NCBI GenBank assembly: GCA_014444615.1
Contig: PVXE01000012.1
Span: 7,051 to 71,050 of the forward strand
Source of the DNA: Tagaea sp. CACIAM 22H2
GTDB taxonomy: Bacteria > Pseudomonadota > Alphaproteobacteria > CACIAM-22H2
Length of the DNA stretch: 64,000 nt
Direction of reading: 5' to 3'
Shown: positions 41,121-49,314 of the stretch, piece after piece
Position numbering within the stretch: the stretch's first letter is position 1
Layout: every line of letters starts with the position of its first letter
Notes under the pieces: generated by a model
Told to the model about the DNA's origin: nothing
Seen by the model: only the letters and a program-made list of their open reading frames with translations
Databases searched by the model: none
Translations under genes and position numbers: made by a program

Positions 41121-41786
41121 TTAATTCGGGAATAGAACCGGGGTGTTGGCGAACGCCAGTTCGTGGCGCGAGCGCCATTCCGGCTTCACGTAGTTGACGA
41201 TGATCGACTTGCGCACGCCGTCGATTCGCCGTTTTTCGAAGCCGTGCCAGGTGTCGTCGCCGGGCACGAAAATCAGCCCGCGCCCGAAGCCGAACGGCGC
41301 CGCGCCCAGATGGCGCTTATCCGAATCGTAGATATCCGTGCCCATCGCCGGATCGTCGCCGAGATAGACCAGCATGGTGAAAAGCTTGGCGCCGATATCG
41401 GTGTGCGGCTCCAGCCAGAACCCGTCGCGATCCTGGCAGTATTCGATGCGCAAGCTCGCCCCCGCCAAGGGGGCACCCGTCGTCTCGGCCAGCATCGCGA
41501 CCGTTTCGGGCGCTTGGAAGGTCCGCGCGACCGCTTGGCACGTATCGTCCCACAAATCGCCGGGGGCGAAGAATCGGCGGCTGGAATTATGCGTCTCGCG
41601 CCGCCCTTGCGTGTCGCCGATCTCGGCCGGTGCCGCGGGCAGTTCGGCGATCGCGTTCAGCGTTTCGTCGGGCAGCGCGTCGGTCAGCAGCCAATGGCGA
41701 TAGGGCGTTTCGCGGATGCGCGCCGCGGCGAGGCTGGCGGCGAAAGCATCGGTGATCTTGACGGCGCAGATATCGAGGACGGACAT
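41121..41786 (-). CDS. 2OG-Fe(II) oxygenase (copy 1)
   Basis: HxD in LEPHTD, distal His in DTWHGF, RKSIIVNY. Confidence 0.85.
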   Translation of the reverse strand: MSVLDICAVKITDAFAASLAAARIRETPYRHWLLTDALPDETLNAIAELPAAPAEIGDTQGRRETHNSSRRFFAPGDLWDDTCQAVARTFQAPETVAMLAETTGAPLAGASLRIEYCQDRDGFWLEPHTDIGAKLFTMLVYLGDDPAMGTDIYDSDKRHLGAAPFGFGRGLIFVPGDDTWHGFEKRRIDGVRKSIIVNYVKPEWRSRHELAFANTPVLFPN

Positions 41787-41822
41787 AGGCGCGAGAATCA
41801 TAGAGACGCGCCCGCCCCTGCC

Positions 41823-41836
41823 TTGATTCAGCTCAA
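41823..41836. promoter_or_regulatory. FNR/FixK-like box upstream of 2OG oxygenase copy 1
   Basis: TTGAT-TCAG-CTCAA (one mismatch to TTGAT-N4-ATCAA); minus-strand TATGAT -10-like element at 41797-41802 gives class II spacing. Confidence 0.5.
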
Positions 41837-41861
41837 TCGCGGCCGCGACACGCCGCCGCAG

Positions 41862-41938
41862 TCAGAAGCGGAAATAGATGTGGGCCGGCAGGGCGCCGCT
41901 ATCCGGATTGCGCAGGTCGACGCGCTGAAGGCGGCGAC
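41862..41938 (-). pseudogene. Degenerate duplicate of the MBOAT gene 3' end
   Basis: 19-nt identity TCAGAAGCGGAAATAGATG with 44414-44432; translates DSGALPAHIYFRF* versus NSDAPPAFIYFRF*. Confidence 0.75.
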
Positions 41939-42027
41939 CTGACGGCGGGAAACCGCATATTCCTTGGCCCGGCTGTGACGTAGAAGCTAAGCTGACATCC
42001 GTTCGCATTTGGAGCGTCGATTTCGCG

Positions 42028-43629
42028 ATGGATTGGCTGTCACGTTTCCCCGCCGCGGCGCACGACGCAGCGGCGCCCCTGATCCGTATCTACGAGACCG
42101 CTCCCAGCATGGAGTGCGTTCTGAATCTGATCAGGATCGCGTGCGCGCACGGCGCGATCGATCTCGGCGTCGCGCTCGCGCGCGAGGCCGGGGCGCCTTG
42201 CGCGCCGTTGGCCGCGCTGCTGACGGAGGCCGAGTTGCACACGCTCGCAGGACGCCCTGCCGATGCGGTGGACGCGGCGCGCAAAGCGGTGCTCCTCGCG
42301 CCGGACGCGGGGCAAGCGTGGTGCGCGTTGGCGGTGGCGCTCGACGGGGCTGGCGACGAAGGCGCCGCAGTCAGCGCGATGATCCGCGCAAAAAACGCCG
42401 GCTACGCCTACACCGGCGGCCCGTATCCTCTGCTCATGCTCTGGCTCCAGGCCTGCGGCGACTTCAATCCCCGCATCGCCGAAATCCTGAAACCTTGCCC
42501 GTTGCTCGGCCGGGCATCCGAGCACCTGGATGCGCGCACGGAAGCCGTGATCGAAAGCTTGCTCGACGCGCACACGCGTGCCTTCGAGACGAACCCACCC
42601 CATCTGCCATGGCTTCCGCGACCGGCGCCGAGCGAGCCTGCGCGGCGTTTGAAGATCCTTCTGCTGCACAGCGATCCGGTCAGCAATTCCCAGAACAACA
42701 GTCACGACGACAACATCGACTATTTCGGCGCGTCGGCCATGAAGCTGGGTCACGAATTCCGCGTGGCCGCAGGGTCGGAGATGGTGATGATGAATCGCGT
42801 CGGCCAGAAACGCACGCGGGCCGAACTCGCGGAAGGGTTGCGGCTTTTGAACGCCGAGATCGCCGAGTTCAAGCCGGACCTCGTGATATCCGACGGCAAT
42901 TTCGCGCACGACGAAACCACGTTGCGGCCGGCCGATCTCGCGGACCGCGCCGCGCGCGGATTTCGCTGGGTGGTCGCGATGTCCGATCTCTACGAAAAGG
43001 ACGACGGTTTCGACGCCTTCGAAAGCTGGAACGACGCCGATTGCATCCTTCATTTCAATCGCAGGACCATCCTTCACATAGCGAACCGCCACGCTGCGAA
43101 AAGCTTCTATTGGCCCGTCGTACCGTTCGAACCGTCGGAATTCACGCCTCGGCCGCACGAAGCGCGGGACAAGAACTTAACGATCATCGGCTATGGCGCG
43201 CGTGGCCGCGAGATCTTCGCCGCCATCGTCGGGGGGCATCTCCCAGCCCATATCCAGATCCACGACAAGAGCAAAGACCTTGCCCTACCGATGCCGAAGT
43301 ATCGCGCGTTGCTCGGTCAATCCCGGATGGTTTTTTCCAACGGTATCATCAGCAACAATCTGCGCATCGTAACCGCCCGGGTGTTCGAGACCATTTGGTC
43401 GGGCGCTTTGCTGTTCGAGGAATCGGGCAGCGATGCGGATAAATTCCTGGTGCCGTTCGTGCACTATGTGCCCTTCGCCAACGCGCATCAGTTGGTCGCC
43501 TTCGCGCAATTCTTCGGCAAGCACGAGGATCGCCGCCGCGCGATCGCCGATCGGGGCAAGGCCCATCTCGACACCCATTTCGCGCCGGGTATCTTTTGGG
43601 GAAATCTGCGCGCGCACTTGGGGATCTGA
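42028..43629 (+). CDS. TPR-like N-terminus plus CgeB/Glyco_trans_1_2-like glycosyltransferase domain
   Basis: ARKAVLLAPDAGQAW TPR-like segment; RVFETIWSGALLFEE...FLVPFVHYVPF...RRAIADRG C-terminus; codon use slightly atypical. Confidence 0.7.
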   Translation: MDWLSRFPAAAHDAAAPLIRIYETAPSMECVLNLIRIACAHGAIDLGVALAREAGAPCAPLAALLTEAELHTLAGRPADAVDAARKAVLLAPDAGQAWCALAVALDGAGDEGAAVSAMIRAKNAGYAYTGGPYPLLMLWLQACGDFNPRIAEILKPCPLLGRASEHLDARTEAVIESLLDAHTRAFETNPPHLPWLPRPAPSEPARRLKILLLHSDPVSNSQNNSHDDNIDYFGASAMKLGHEFRVAAGSEMVMMNRVGQKRTRAELAEGLRLLNAEIAEFKPDLVISDGNFAHDETTLRPADLADRAARGFRWVVAMSDLYEKDDGFDAFESWNDADCILHFNRRTILHIANRHAAKSFYWPVVPFEPSEFTPRPHEARDKNLTIIGYGARGREIFAAIVGGHLPAHIQIHDKSKDLALPMPKYRALLGQSRMVFSNGIISNNLRIVTARVFETIWSGALLFEESGSDADKFLVPFVHYVPFANAHQLVAFAQFFGKHEDRRRAIADRGKAHLDTHFAPGIFWGNLRAHLGI

Positions 43630-43680
43630 AGCTTCAAGGCTTCGGCGTTCGGATCGCGGCGATAGCGGCGACTTGCATGA

Positions 43681-44316
43681 TTACGCGGCTTCCTTGCCGC
43701 CGGACAAAAGGCGTTTGGCGAAGGCCGAAGCGCGATGGCGCGCGATCTCCCATGCGGCGATCGCGCGGCCGGTCATCCAATTGAACATCACGTAGCGCCG
43801 CTCGCCTTCGAACGGCCGGTGGCCGTGCCAGGAATTTTCGGTGCGGCGGAAGGCGACGAGCGTGCCCGCGTCGGGCGGCACTTCGGCGATGTAGTCGTCA
43901 ATGTCGCCGGGCCCGCGCAGGAAGCGCAAGCGCCCGCCCGCATTCGCCCAAGGCCGGTTGAGATAGAGCAGCGACGTGACGAACTTCGCCGTCGAGTCGA
44001 CATGGATCTTGCCGTCGCTGGCGCGCGCCCTTGCGCGCACCGTGACCATCAAGGGCCGCCCGTCGAGGCCGACGCCGAACTTCTCGGCATAGGCGGCGCG
44101 CAGTTCCGGGCTTTGGATTTCATCGATCAGCGCGCGGAAGGCGGGACCGCCCCCGGCCTCGTCGGCCGGATAAAGCCCCGCCCCGGACAGCTTGGGAAAA
44201 TCGCGCTCGATCTCTTCCGCAGCCCCTTCGCGCAAGATGCCGCTGGCCAGGAAATGATCGAAGGGCTCGCGGCGCAGCGGCGCGGCGCGCAACGCGTCGA
44301 GATCGATAAACGCCAT
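43681..44316 (-). CDS. 2OG-Fe(II) oxygenase (copy 2)
   Basis: HxD in KIHVDS, LLYLN, GGRLRFL, NSWHGH, RRYVMFNW. Confidence 0.85.
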   Translation of the reverse strand: MAFIDLDALRAAPLRREPFDHFLASGILREGAAEEIERDFPKLSGAGLYPADEAGGGPAFRALIDEIQSPELRAAYAEKFGVGLDGRPLMVTVRARARASDGKIHVDSTAKFVTSLLYLNRPWANAGGRLRFLRGPGDIDDYIAEVPPDAGTLVAFRRTENSWHGHRPFEGERRYVMFNWMTGRAIAAWEIARHRASAFAKRLLSGGKEAA

Positions 44317-44377
44317 AGGAACGATAGCCTCGCGGGGTTGACCGGGGCTTCATGCCCGTCCCCGCCCCCCGGCGGCC

Positions 44378-44391
44378 TTGATCCAGCGCAA
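44378..44391. promoter_or_regulatory. FNR/FixK-like box upstream of 2OG oxygenase copy 2
   Basis: TTGAT-CCAG-CGCAA; same position within the repeat as the box at 41823. Confidence 0.4.
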
Positions 44392-44413
44392 TTGCGACGA
44401 CGTGTCGCGCCGC

Positions 44414-45835
44414 TCAGAAGCGGAAATAGATGAAGGCCGGCGGTGCGTCGCTGTTGAACATCACGATCACGAAGGCCGCGACGCCGTAGATTGCCGCACG
44501 CGCGAAAACGGGAACCTCGCCGATCCGTTCGCCAAGGGGCTTCCACGCGGCCGCAAGCTGGATCGCCAGCGTCGCCGCGACGAGGATCGCGACCGCCGCG
44601 AACATGCGCGTCGAACCGTCCTCCAAATTCCAGTCGAAACACTGCGCCAAGATCGCGAATGCGGTGTCCAAAGTCTCGGCGCGGAAGAACACCCAAAGAA
44701 TCGCGACCAGATGGAACACCGCGATCCGGCGCGGGAGCGAGCCGAGTGTGGGCGCCGCGCGTTGGCGCGACGCGTCCTTATCCGCGCCCAGGAAACGCTC
44801 GCCCGCCAGCAGCAGCCCGTGCAGCAGGCCCCACAGCAGAAAGCCCCAGCCCGCCCCGTGCCAAAATCCGGCGATCAGCATGGTCAGCAGCAGATTGCGC
44901 GAAACGCCCCAGCGTGTCGCCATGCGGCTGCCGCCCAGCGGGAAATAGACGTAGTCGCGCAGCCAAGTCGACAGCGTCAGATGCCAGCGGCGCCAGAAAT
45001 CGGTGATGCTGACGGCGGCGTAGGGAAGGTCGAAATTCGCGGGCAGCCTGATGCCGAGCAGGAGTGCGCTGCCCAGCGCGATATCGGTATAGCCGCTGAA
45101 ATCGAAATAGATTTGCAGCGCGAAGGCGTAGACGCCCGTCCACGCCGATATCGTATCGAGCCCCGCCGGATCGGCGAAGGCCGCGTCGGCGATGGGGGCG
45201 AGCGTGTCCGCGATCACGATTTTCTTGAACAGCCCGAGAAAGACGAGTGTGAGCGCGCGTTCGAAGCGCGCGACGTCCAGCGCCGGGCGTTCGTCAAGCT
45301 GATGCAGGAATTGCGACGCGCGCACGATCGGGCCCGCGATCAGATGCGGGAAGAACATGATGAACAGCGCGAAGCGATGCCAGCGCCGCTCGGGCTTCAT
45401 GTCGCCGCGATAGACGTCGACGACGTAGCTGATCGCTTCGAAGGTGTAGAACGAAATGCCGAGCGGCAGCATCACCTTGGTTTCGACCCAGCCGAGTTCC
45501 CAGCCGATCATTCCCGCGAGCTGGGATGCGGTCTGCGCGAGGAAACCCAGATATTTGAAATAGCCGAGCACGCCGAGATTGATCGCGATCGAGCCCGCAA
45601 GCCAAAGACGCTTGCGCCGCATGTCGCTTGTGGCGGCGATCGCCTTCGCCGCCCAATAGTCGAATTGCGTGCTGCCCAAAATCAGCAGCGTCAGCCAGCC
45701 ATTTTCGCTGGCGTAGAAATAATAGCTCGCGAGCAGCAGCGCCCAGAGCCGCAAACGCGGCGCGCCGACCAGCATCCAGGTCGCGGCGAGAATGCCCAGA
45801 AAGAACAGCAGATATTGGACCGAGCTGAACAGCAT
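44414..45835 (-). CDS. MBOAT family O-acyltransferase (AlgI/PatA/DltB-like)
   Basis: LPLGISFYTF, FFPHLIAGPI, QIYFDFSGYTDIA, NFDLPY, FWRRWH, GFWHGAGW. Confidence 0.93.
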   Translation of the reverse strand: MLFSSVQYLLFFLGILAATWMLVGAPRLRLWALLLASYYFYASENGWLTLLILGSTQFDYWAAKAIAATSDMRRKRLWLAGSIAINLGVLGYFKYLGFLAQTASQLAGMIGWELGWVETKVMLPLGISFYTFEAISYVVDVYRGDMKPERRWHRFALFIMFFPHLIAGPIVRASQFLHQLDERPALDVARFERALTLVFLGLFKKIVIADTLAPIADAAFADPAGLDTISAWTGVYAFALQIYFDFSGYTDIALGSALLLGIRLPANFDLPYAAVSITDFWRRWHLTLSTWLRDYVYFPLGGSRMATRWGVSRNLLLTMLIAGFWHGAGWGFLLWGLLHGLLLAGERFLGADKDASRQRAAPTLGSLPRRIAVFHLVAILWVFFRAETLDTAFAILAQCFDWNLEDGSTRMFAAVAILVAATLAIQLAAAWKPLGERIGEVPVFARAAIYGVAAFVIVMFNSDAPPAFIYFRF

Positions 45836-45838
45836 GGC

Positions 45839-46969
45839 CTAAAGCAGCCCGCGCAGTTGCTCGGCCAGCATCGGCGTAAAGCGCTCGATGCCCCGGCTGT
45901 TGAGGTGGTTGTAGTCGAAATAATTGTCGTCGCCGAACCGGTCGAAATCGACGCGCGTGTAGGGGAAGCCGCGTGCGGCAACGCGCGGCCGAATATGGCG
46001 ATCCATCGCGTCGCGATATTTCGCGCGCATCGCATCGCCGCCATAAAGATGCGGCGCTTCCTCCATCTCGTTGACGATGGTCGCAATACCGCGTTCGCGC
46101 AGCAAATCGAGCATCGCCTCGAAAATGCGCAAGCGCGCCGGATCGGGCGTCCAGGCGAAATCCGCCGGATCGGTCTTCGCGGGCGTTTGCCGCGCGCGGA
46201 AATAGGCGGGATCGGTTTCGACGCGATAATAGGAACCGCCCGTTCGGATGATCGCGACGGAGGTGATGCGCCCTTCGTCGATCGTGACTTGCGCGTCGGC
46301 GACACCGGGCTTGCCGCGCCATTCGCCGAGCAGCGTCGCGGCTTGCACCGCGAGCGCGTCGGGCACGGCAGCGATATTCGCTTGGCCCGGAATCACGGCG
46401 ATCGGCGCGGGCGCTTCGCGCAAACCCGCGAACGCCAGAACGCGATCGCGCAGCGCCCCGCGCTCGGCCGTCAAACGCTGCGGGCGATGCGCCCAGGCGA
46501 CGTTGTCGGCCAGTTCCATCGGCGATACGCCCAACGCCACGAGACGCGCCGCATTGGCGAGCGAAATCGGATAGCTGCGCTGGATGGGCGACGGATCGAA
46601 ATTCTGATGCCCGACCGACAGCACGACCACCGTCCCCGGCGCGATATCGTCGGCGATGTCGCGCAGCTGCGCATATTGCGCGGGCAGCCAATGCGCGAAA
46701 GCCGAGAGATTGATCGAGCGACGGCCAACCAGCGGATCGATCAGGTCGGCGTGGATGCCGCAATAGGTCCGGCTGTCGCCGAGGAACACCATGTCGAAGC
46801 GGCGCGGATCGGCTTGGTAAAAGGCCGTGCGGGCGCGACCGAAGCCGATCGGGTTGGGCGTATCGGGCTGCAGCGACGCGACCAGTGTGGCCGCGATGCC
46901 GAAGACCGTGGCGATCGCGGCACAGTACAGCGCCGCCCGCCCGGCGATCCCCCATCGCTTAATCCGCAT
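45839..46969 (-). CDS. Membrane-anchored SGNH-fold protein (AlgJ/PatB/DltD-like MBOAT partner)
   Basis: N-terminal TM helix; VFLGDSRT catalytic Ser block and C-terminal DYNHLN (DxxH); 3 bp from the MBOAT gene. Confidence 0.75.
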   Translation of the reverse strand: MRIKRWGIAGRAALYCAAIATVFGIAATLVASLQPDTPNPIGFGRARTAFYQADPRRFDMVFLGDSRTYCGIHADLIDPLVGRRSINLSAFAHWLPAQYAQLRDIADDIAPGTVVVLSVGHQNFDPSPIQRSYPISLANAARLVALGVSPMELADNVAWAHRPQRLTAERGALRDRVLAFAGLREAPAPIAVIPGQANIAAVPDALAVQAATLLGEWRGKPGVADAQVTIDEGRITSVAIIRTGGSYYRVETDPAYFRARQTPAKTDPADFAWTPDPARLRIFEAMLDLLRERGIATIVNEMEEAPHLYGGDAMRAKYRDAMDRHIRPRVAARGFPYTRVDFDRFGDDNYFDYNHLNSRGIERFTPMLAEQLRGLL

Positions 46970-47002
46970 GCCGCCTGTTTAATCGACCGGCGGAAGCGGT
47001 AC

Positions 47003-47034
47003 AAAAAAAAACGCCCGGTGCAATGCACCGGGCG
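47003..47034 (-). terminator. Intrinsic terminator of the putative sRNA
   Basis: CGCCCGGTGCA-T-TGCACCGGGCG followed by T9 on the minus strand. Confidence 0.9.
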
Positions 47035-47143
47035 AGTTGAACAGGGAGGCTTCACGTCTGGGAGACGTAGGGTTCAGAGAACCCCGCCCGCTCCGAAGAG
47101 AGGGCCCTTCGGCAAGGGCGCTAGGTGCGCCGCAAAACCGACA
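47003..47143 (-). ncRNA. Putative trans-acting small RNA downstream of lsrB/vtlR (5' end approximate)
   Basis: Minus-strand hairpins GCCCTT/AAGGGC, GGGTTC/GAACCC, ACGTCT-CCC-AGACGT, single-stranded GCCTCCCTGTT, then a strong terminator; no credible ORF. Confidence 0.7.
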
Positions 47144-47199
47144 AGACAAACATAGGGACTAAACTGCTCGAAAAAATGGCAAAAATGACATGGAAGGGC

Positions 47200-47212
47200 T
47201 GCGCGCCCCGCA
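47200..47212. promoter_or_regulatory. LysR-type T-N11-A box TGCG-N5-CGCA upstream of the putative sRNA
   Basis: TGCGCGCCCCGCA; the same dyad TGCGTACAACGCA occurs at 49248-49260 upstream of trxB. Confidence 0.45.
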
Positions 47213-47328
47213 TATCCATCTAACCTATTCTTAAGAAATGCGTTTTAGACGATATTCGGGTGCAAAATCGCGTCGGGCTTCGCCGCAGCGCACAACGAAC
47301 AACCCGATACCGCCCAGGCGGTAGCCGA

Positions 47329-48219
47329 TCAGAACTGCGATTCGGCGACCTTTTGAACCAGGTAGTCGCGAAACACGGCGATCCGCTTGGAACTGCGAAG
47401 CTCCTCCGGATAAACGAAATACGCCTCGTAGGTCGGCCCTTCGAGCTCGGGCAGGATGCGGACCGCCTTTTCCGACTGGTTGGCCATGTAATCGGGGAAG
47501 CCGGCGATGCCGATGCCGCTTTCGACCGCGCGCAGCAGGCCATAGACGTTGTTCACGCGCAACGTCGGCTTGCGCTTGCGCCCGCCGGTCGTGCCCGCCT
47601 CCAACAGCCAGTTCACGTTCGGGAAAGGCGGATTGGGATCGTCGCCATAGACGATCAGCTTGTGCTTATCGAGATCGGTCGCCGTCTTCGGCATGCCGTG
47701 ACGGTCGATATAGGCTTGGCTCGCGTAAGCGTGCACATGCACCGACAGAAGATGGCGCTGGATGAGATCGCCTTGGCGGGGCGGATGCATACGGATCGCG
47801 CAATCGGCCTCGCGCATGCCGAGATCGAGTTCGCGATCGTCGAGCTTCATCTCGACCTGCACGTCCTTGTACTGGTCGAGGAATTCGCCCAAACGCGGCG
47901 CGAGCCACACCGAACCGAACGCCACCGTCGCGGTGACGCGCAACAGGCCCGTCGGCTTTTCCTTCGTCTCGGCAAGCTGGGTTTCGACCATCGCGAGCTT
48001 GGCGAAAACCTCGCGCACGGCGTTGTACAGCAGCTCGCCCTGCTCGGTGAGGATGAGGCCGCGCGCATGGCGATGGAACAGCGGCGCCGACACCGAGTCT
48101 TCGAGACCGGAAATCTGCCGGCTGACCGCCGATTGCGACAGGTTCAGCTTGTCGCCGGCATGGGTGAAGGACCCCGCCTCGGCAACCGCGTGAAACACCC
48201 TTAGTTTGTCCCAGTCCAT
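47329..48219 (-). CDS. lsrB: LysR family regulator, LsrB/VtlR orthologue
   Basis: MDWDKLRVFHAVAEAGSFTHAG, LFHRHARGLILTEQGE, ELDLGMREAD, YFVYPEELR; directly downstream of trxB. Confidence 0.85.
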   Translation of the reverse strand: MDWDKLRVFHAVAEAGSFTHAGDKLNLSQSAVSRQISGLEDSVSAPLFHRHARGLILTEQGELLYNAVREVFAKLAMVETQLAETKEKPTGLLRVTATVAFGSVWLAPRLGEFLDQYKDVQVEMKLDDRELDLGMREADCAIRMHPPRQGDLIQRHLLSVHVHAYASQAYIDRHGMPKTATDLDKHKLIVYGDDPNPPFPNVNWLLEAGTTGGRKRKPTLRVNNVYGLLRAVESGIGIAGFPDYMANQSEKAVRILPELEGPTYEAYFVYPEELRSSKRIAVFRDYLVQKVAESQF

Positions 48220-48246
48220 CGGAACGTCGCTCCCTGCCCTTCCGCC

Positions 48247-49230
48247 TTATTGCGCGGCCGCGAGATGGGCGCCTTCCTCGTGGGCGAGGAATTTCTCGGC
48301 CTCCAAGGCCGCCATGCACCCCATCCCCGCGGCGGTCACCGCCTGGCGGAAGATTTTGTCTTTCACGTCGCCCGCGGCGAACACGCCGGGCACGTCGGTC
48401 GCGGTGGAATCGGGCTTGGTCAGCAAATAGCCCTCGCTATCCATCGCGAGCTTGCCTTTGAACAGCGACGTCGCCGGCACATGGCCGATCGCCACGAACA
48501 GCCCGTCGACCGCGATCGACGATGCCGCACCCGTCATGGTGTCCTTCAGCTTCAAGCCGGTCACAGTCGCGGCACCGCCGGGGATCGGCGAATCCTCGCC
48601 CACGATCTCCTCGACCACCGCGTTCCAGATGATCTCGATCTTCGGATTTTTCAGCAGGCGCGCCTGCATCATCTTTTCCGCGCGCAAAGAGTCGCGGCGA
48701 TGGATCAGCGTCACCTTGCTGGCGTGATTGGTGAGATAGAGCGCTTCTTCGGCGGCCGTGTTGCCGCCGCCGACGACCGCGACCTTCTTGCCGCGGAAGA
48801 AGAAGCCGTCGCAGGTGGCGCAAGCCGAAACGCCACCGCCGCGGAATTTGTCCTCGCTCGCGATGCCGAGCCAGCGCGCTTGCGCACCCGTGCAGATCAC
48901 GACCGTGTCGGCGATATAGCTATCGCCCGAATCGCCCTTCGCCACGAACGGGCGCTTCGACAGGTCGATATCGACGATCAGATCTTCCAGGATCAGCGTG
49001 CCGATATGCTCGCACTGCTTGTACATCTGTTCCATCAGCCACGGGCCTTGGATGGCCTTTTCGAAGCCGGGGAAATTCTCGACATCGGTGGTGATCGAAA
49101 GCTGGCCGCCCGGCTGCATGCCGCGCACCAGAATCGGCGACAAATTGGCGCGCGTCGCATAGATCGCGGCAGTGTAACCGGCGGGCCCCGACCCGATGAT
49201 GAGAACCTTGGTGCGATGGGTCTGGGGCAT
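48247..49230 (-). CDS. trxB: Thioredoxin reductase
   Basis: IIGSGPAGYTAA, GGQL...ENFPG, SACATCDG, GGGNTA, FAAGDV...QAVTAAG. Confidence 0.97.
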   Translation of the reverse strand: MPQTHRTKVLIIGSGPAGYTAAIYATRANLSPILVRGMQPGGQLSITTDVENFPGFEKAIQGPWLMEQMYKQCEHIGTLILEDLIVDIDLSKRPFVAKGDSGDSYIADTVVICTGAQARWLGIASEDKFRGGGVSACATCDGFFFRGKKVAVVGGGNTAAEEALYLTNHASKVTLIHRRDSLRAEKMMQARLLKNPKIEIIWNAVVEEIVGEDSPIPGGAATVTGLKLKDTMTGAASSIAVDGLFVAIGHVPATSLFKGKLAMDSEGYLLTKPDSTATDVPGVFAAGDVKDKIFRQAVTAAGMGCMAALEAEKFLAHEEGAHLAAAQ

Positions 49231-49314
49231 GGAATCGGACTCCGCTATGCGTACAACGCAAACCTATCAGGCATGTTTGCGCACGCCTAGCGGGTCCAAA
49301 AGAATTTTGATTCC

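Noticed and set aside
47019-47030. TGCAATGCACCG as another PhaR site
   Set aside because: It is the centre of the terminator hairpin, which already explains the symmetry
44378-47155. 925-aa plus-strand ORF, and similar long ORFs such as 16184-17929, 24652-26865 and 60188-62413
   Set aside because: Antisense shadows of well-supported genes; expected in high-GC DNA and without protein motifs
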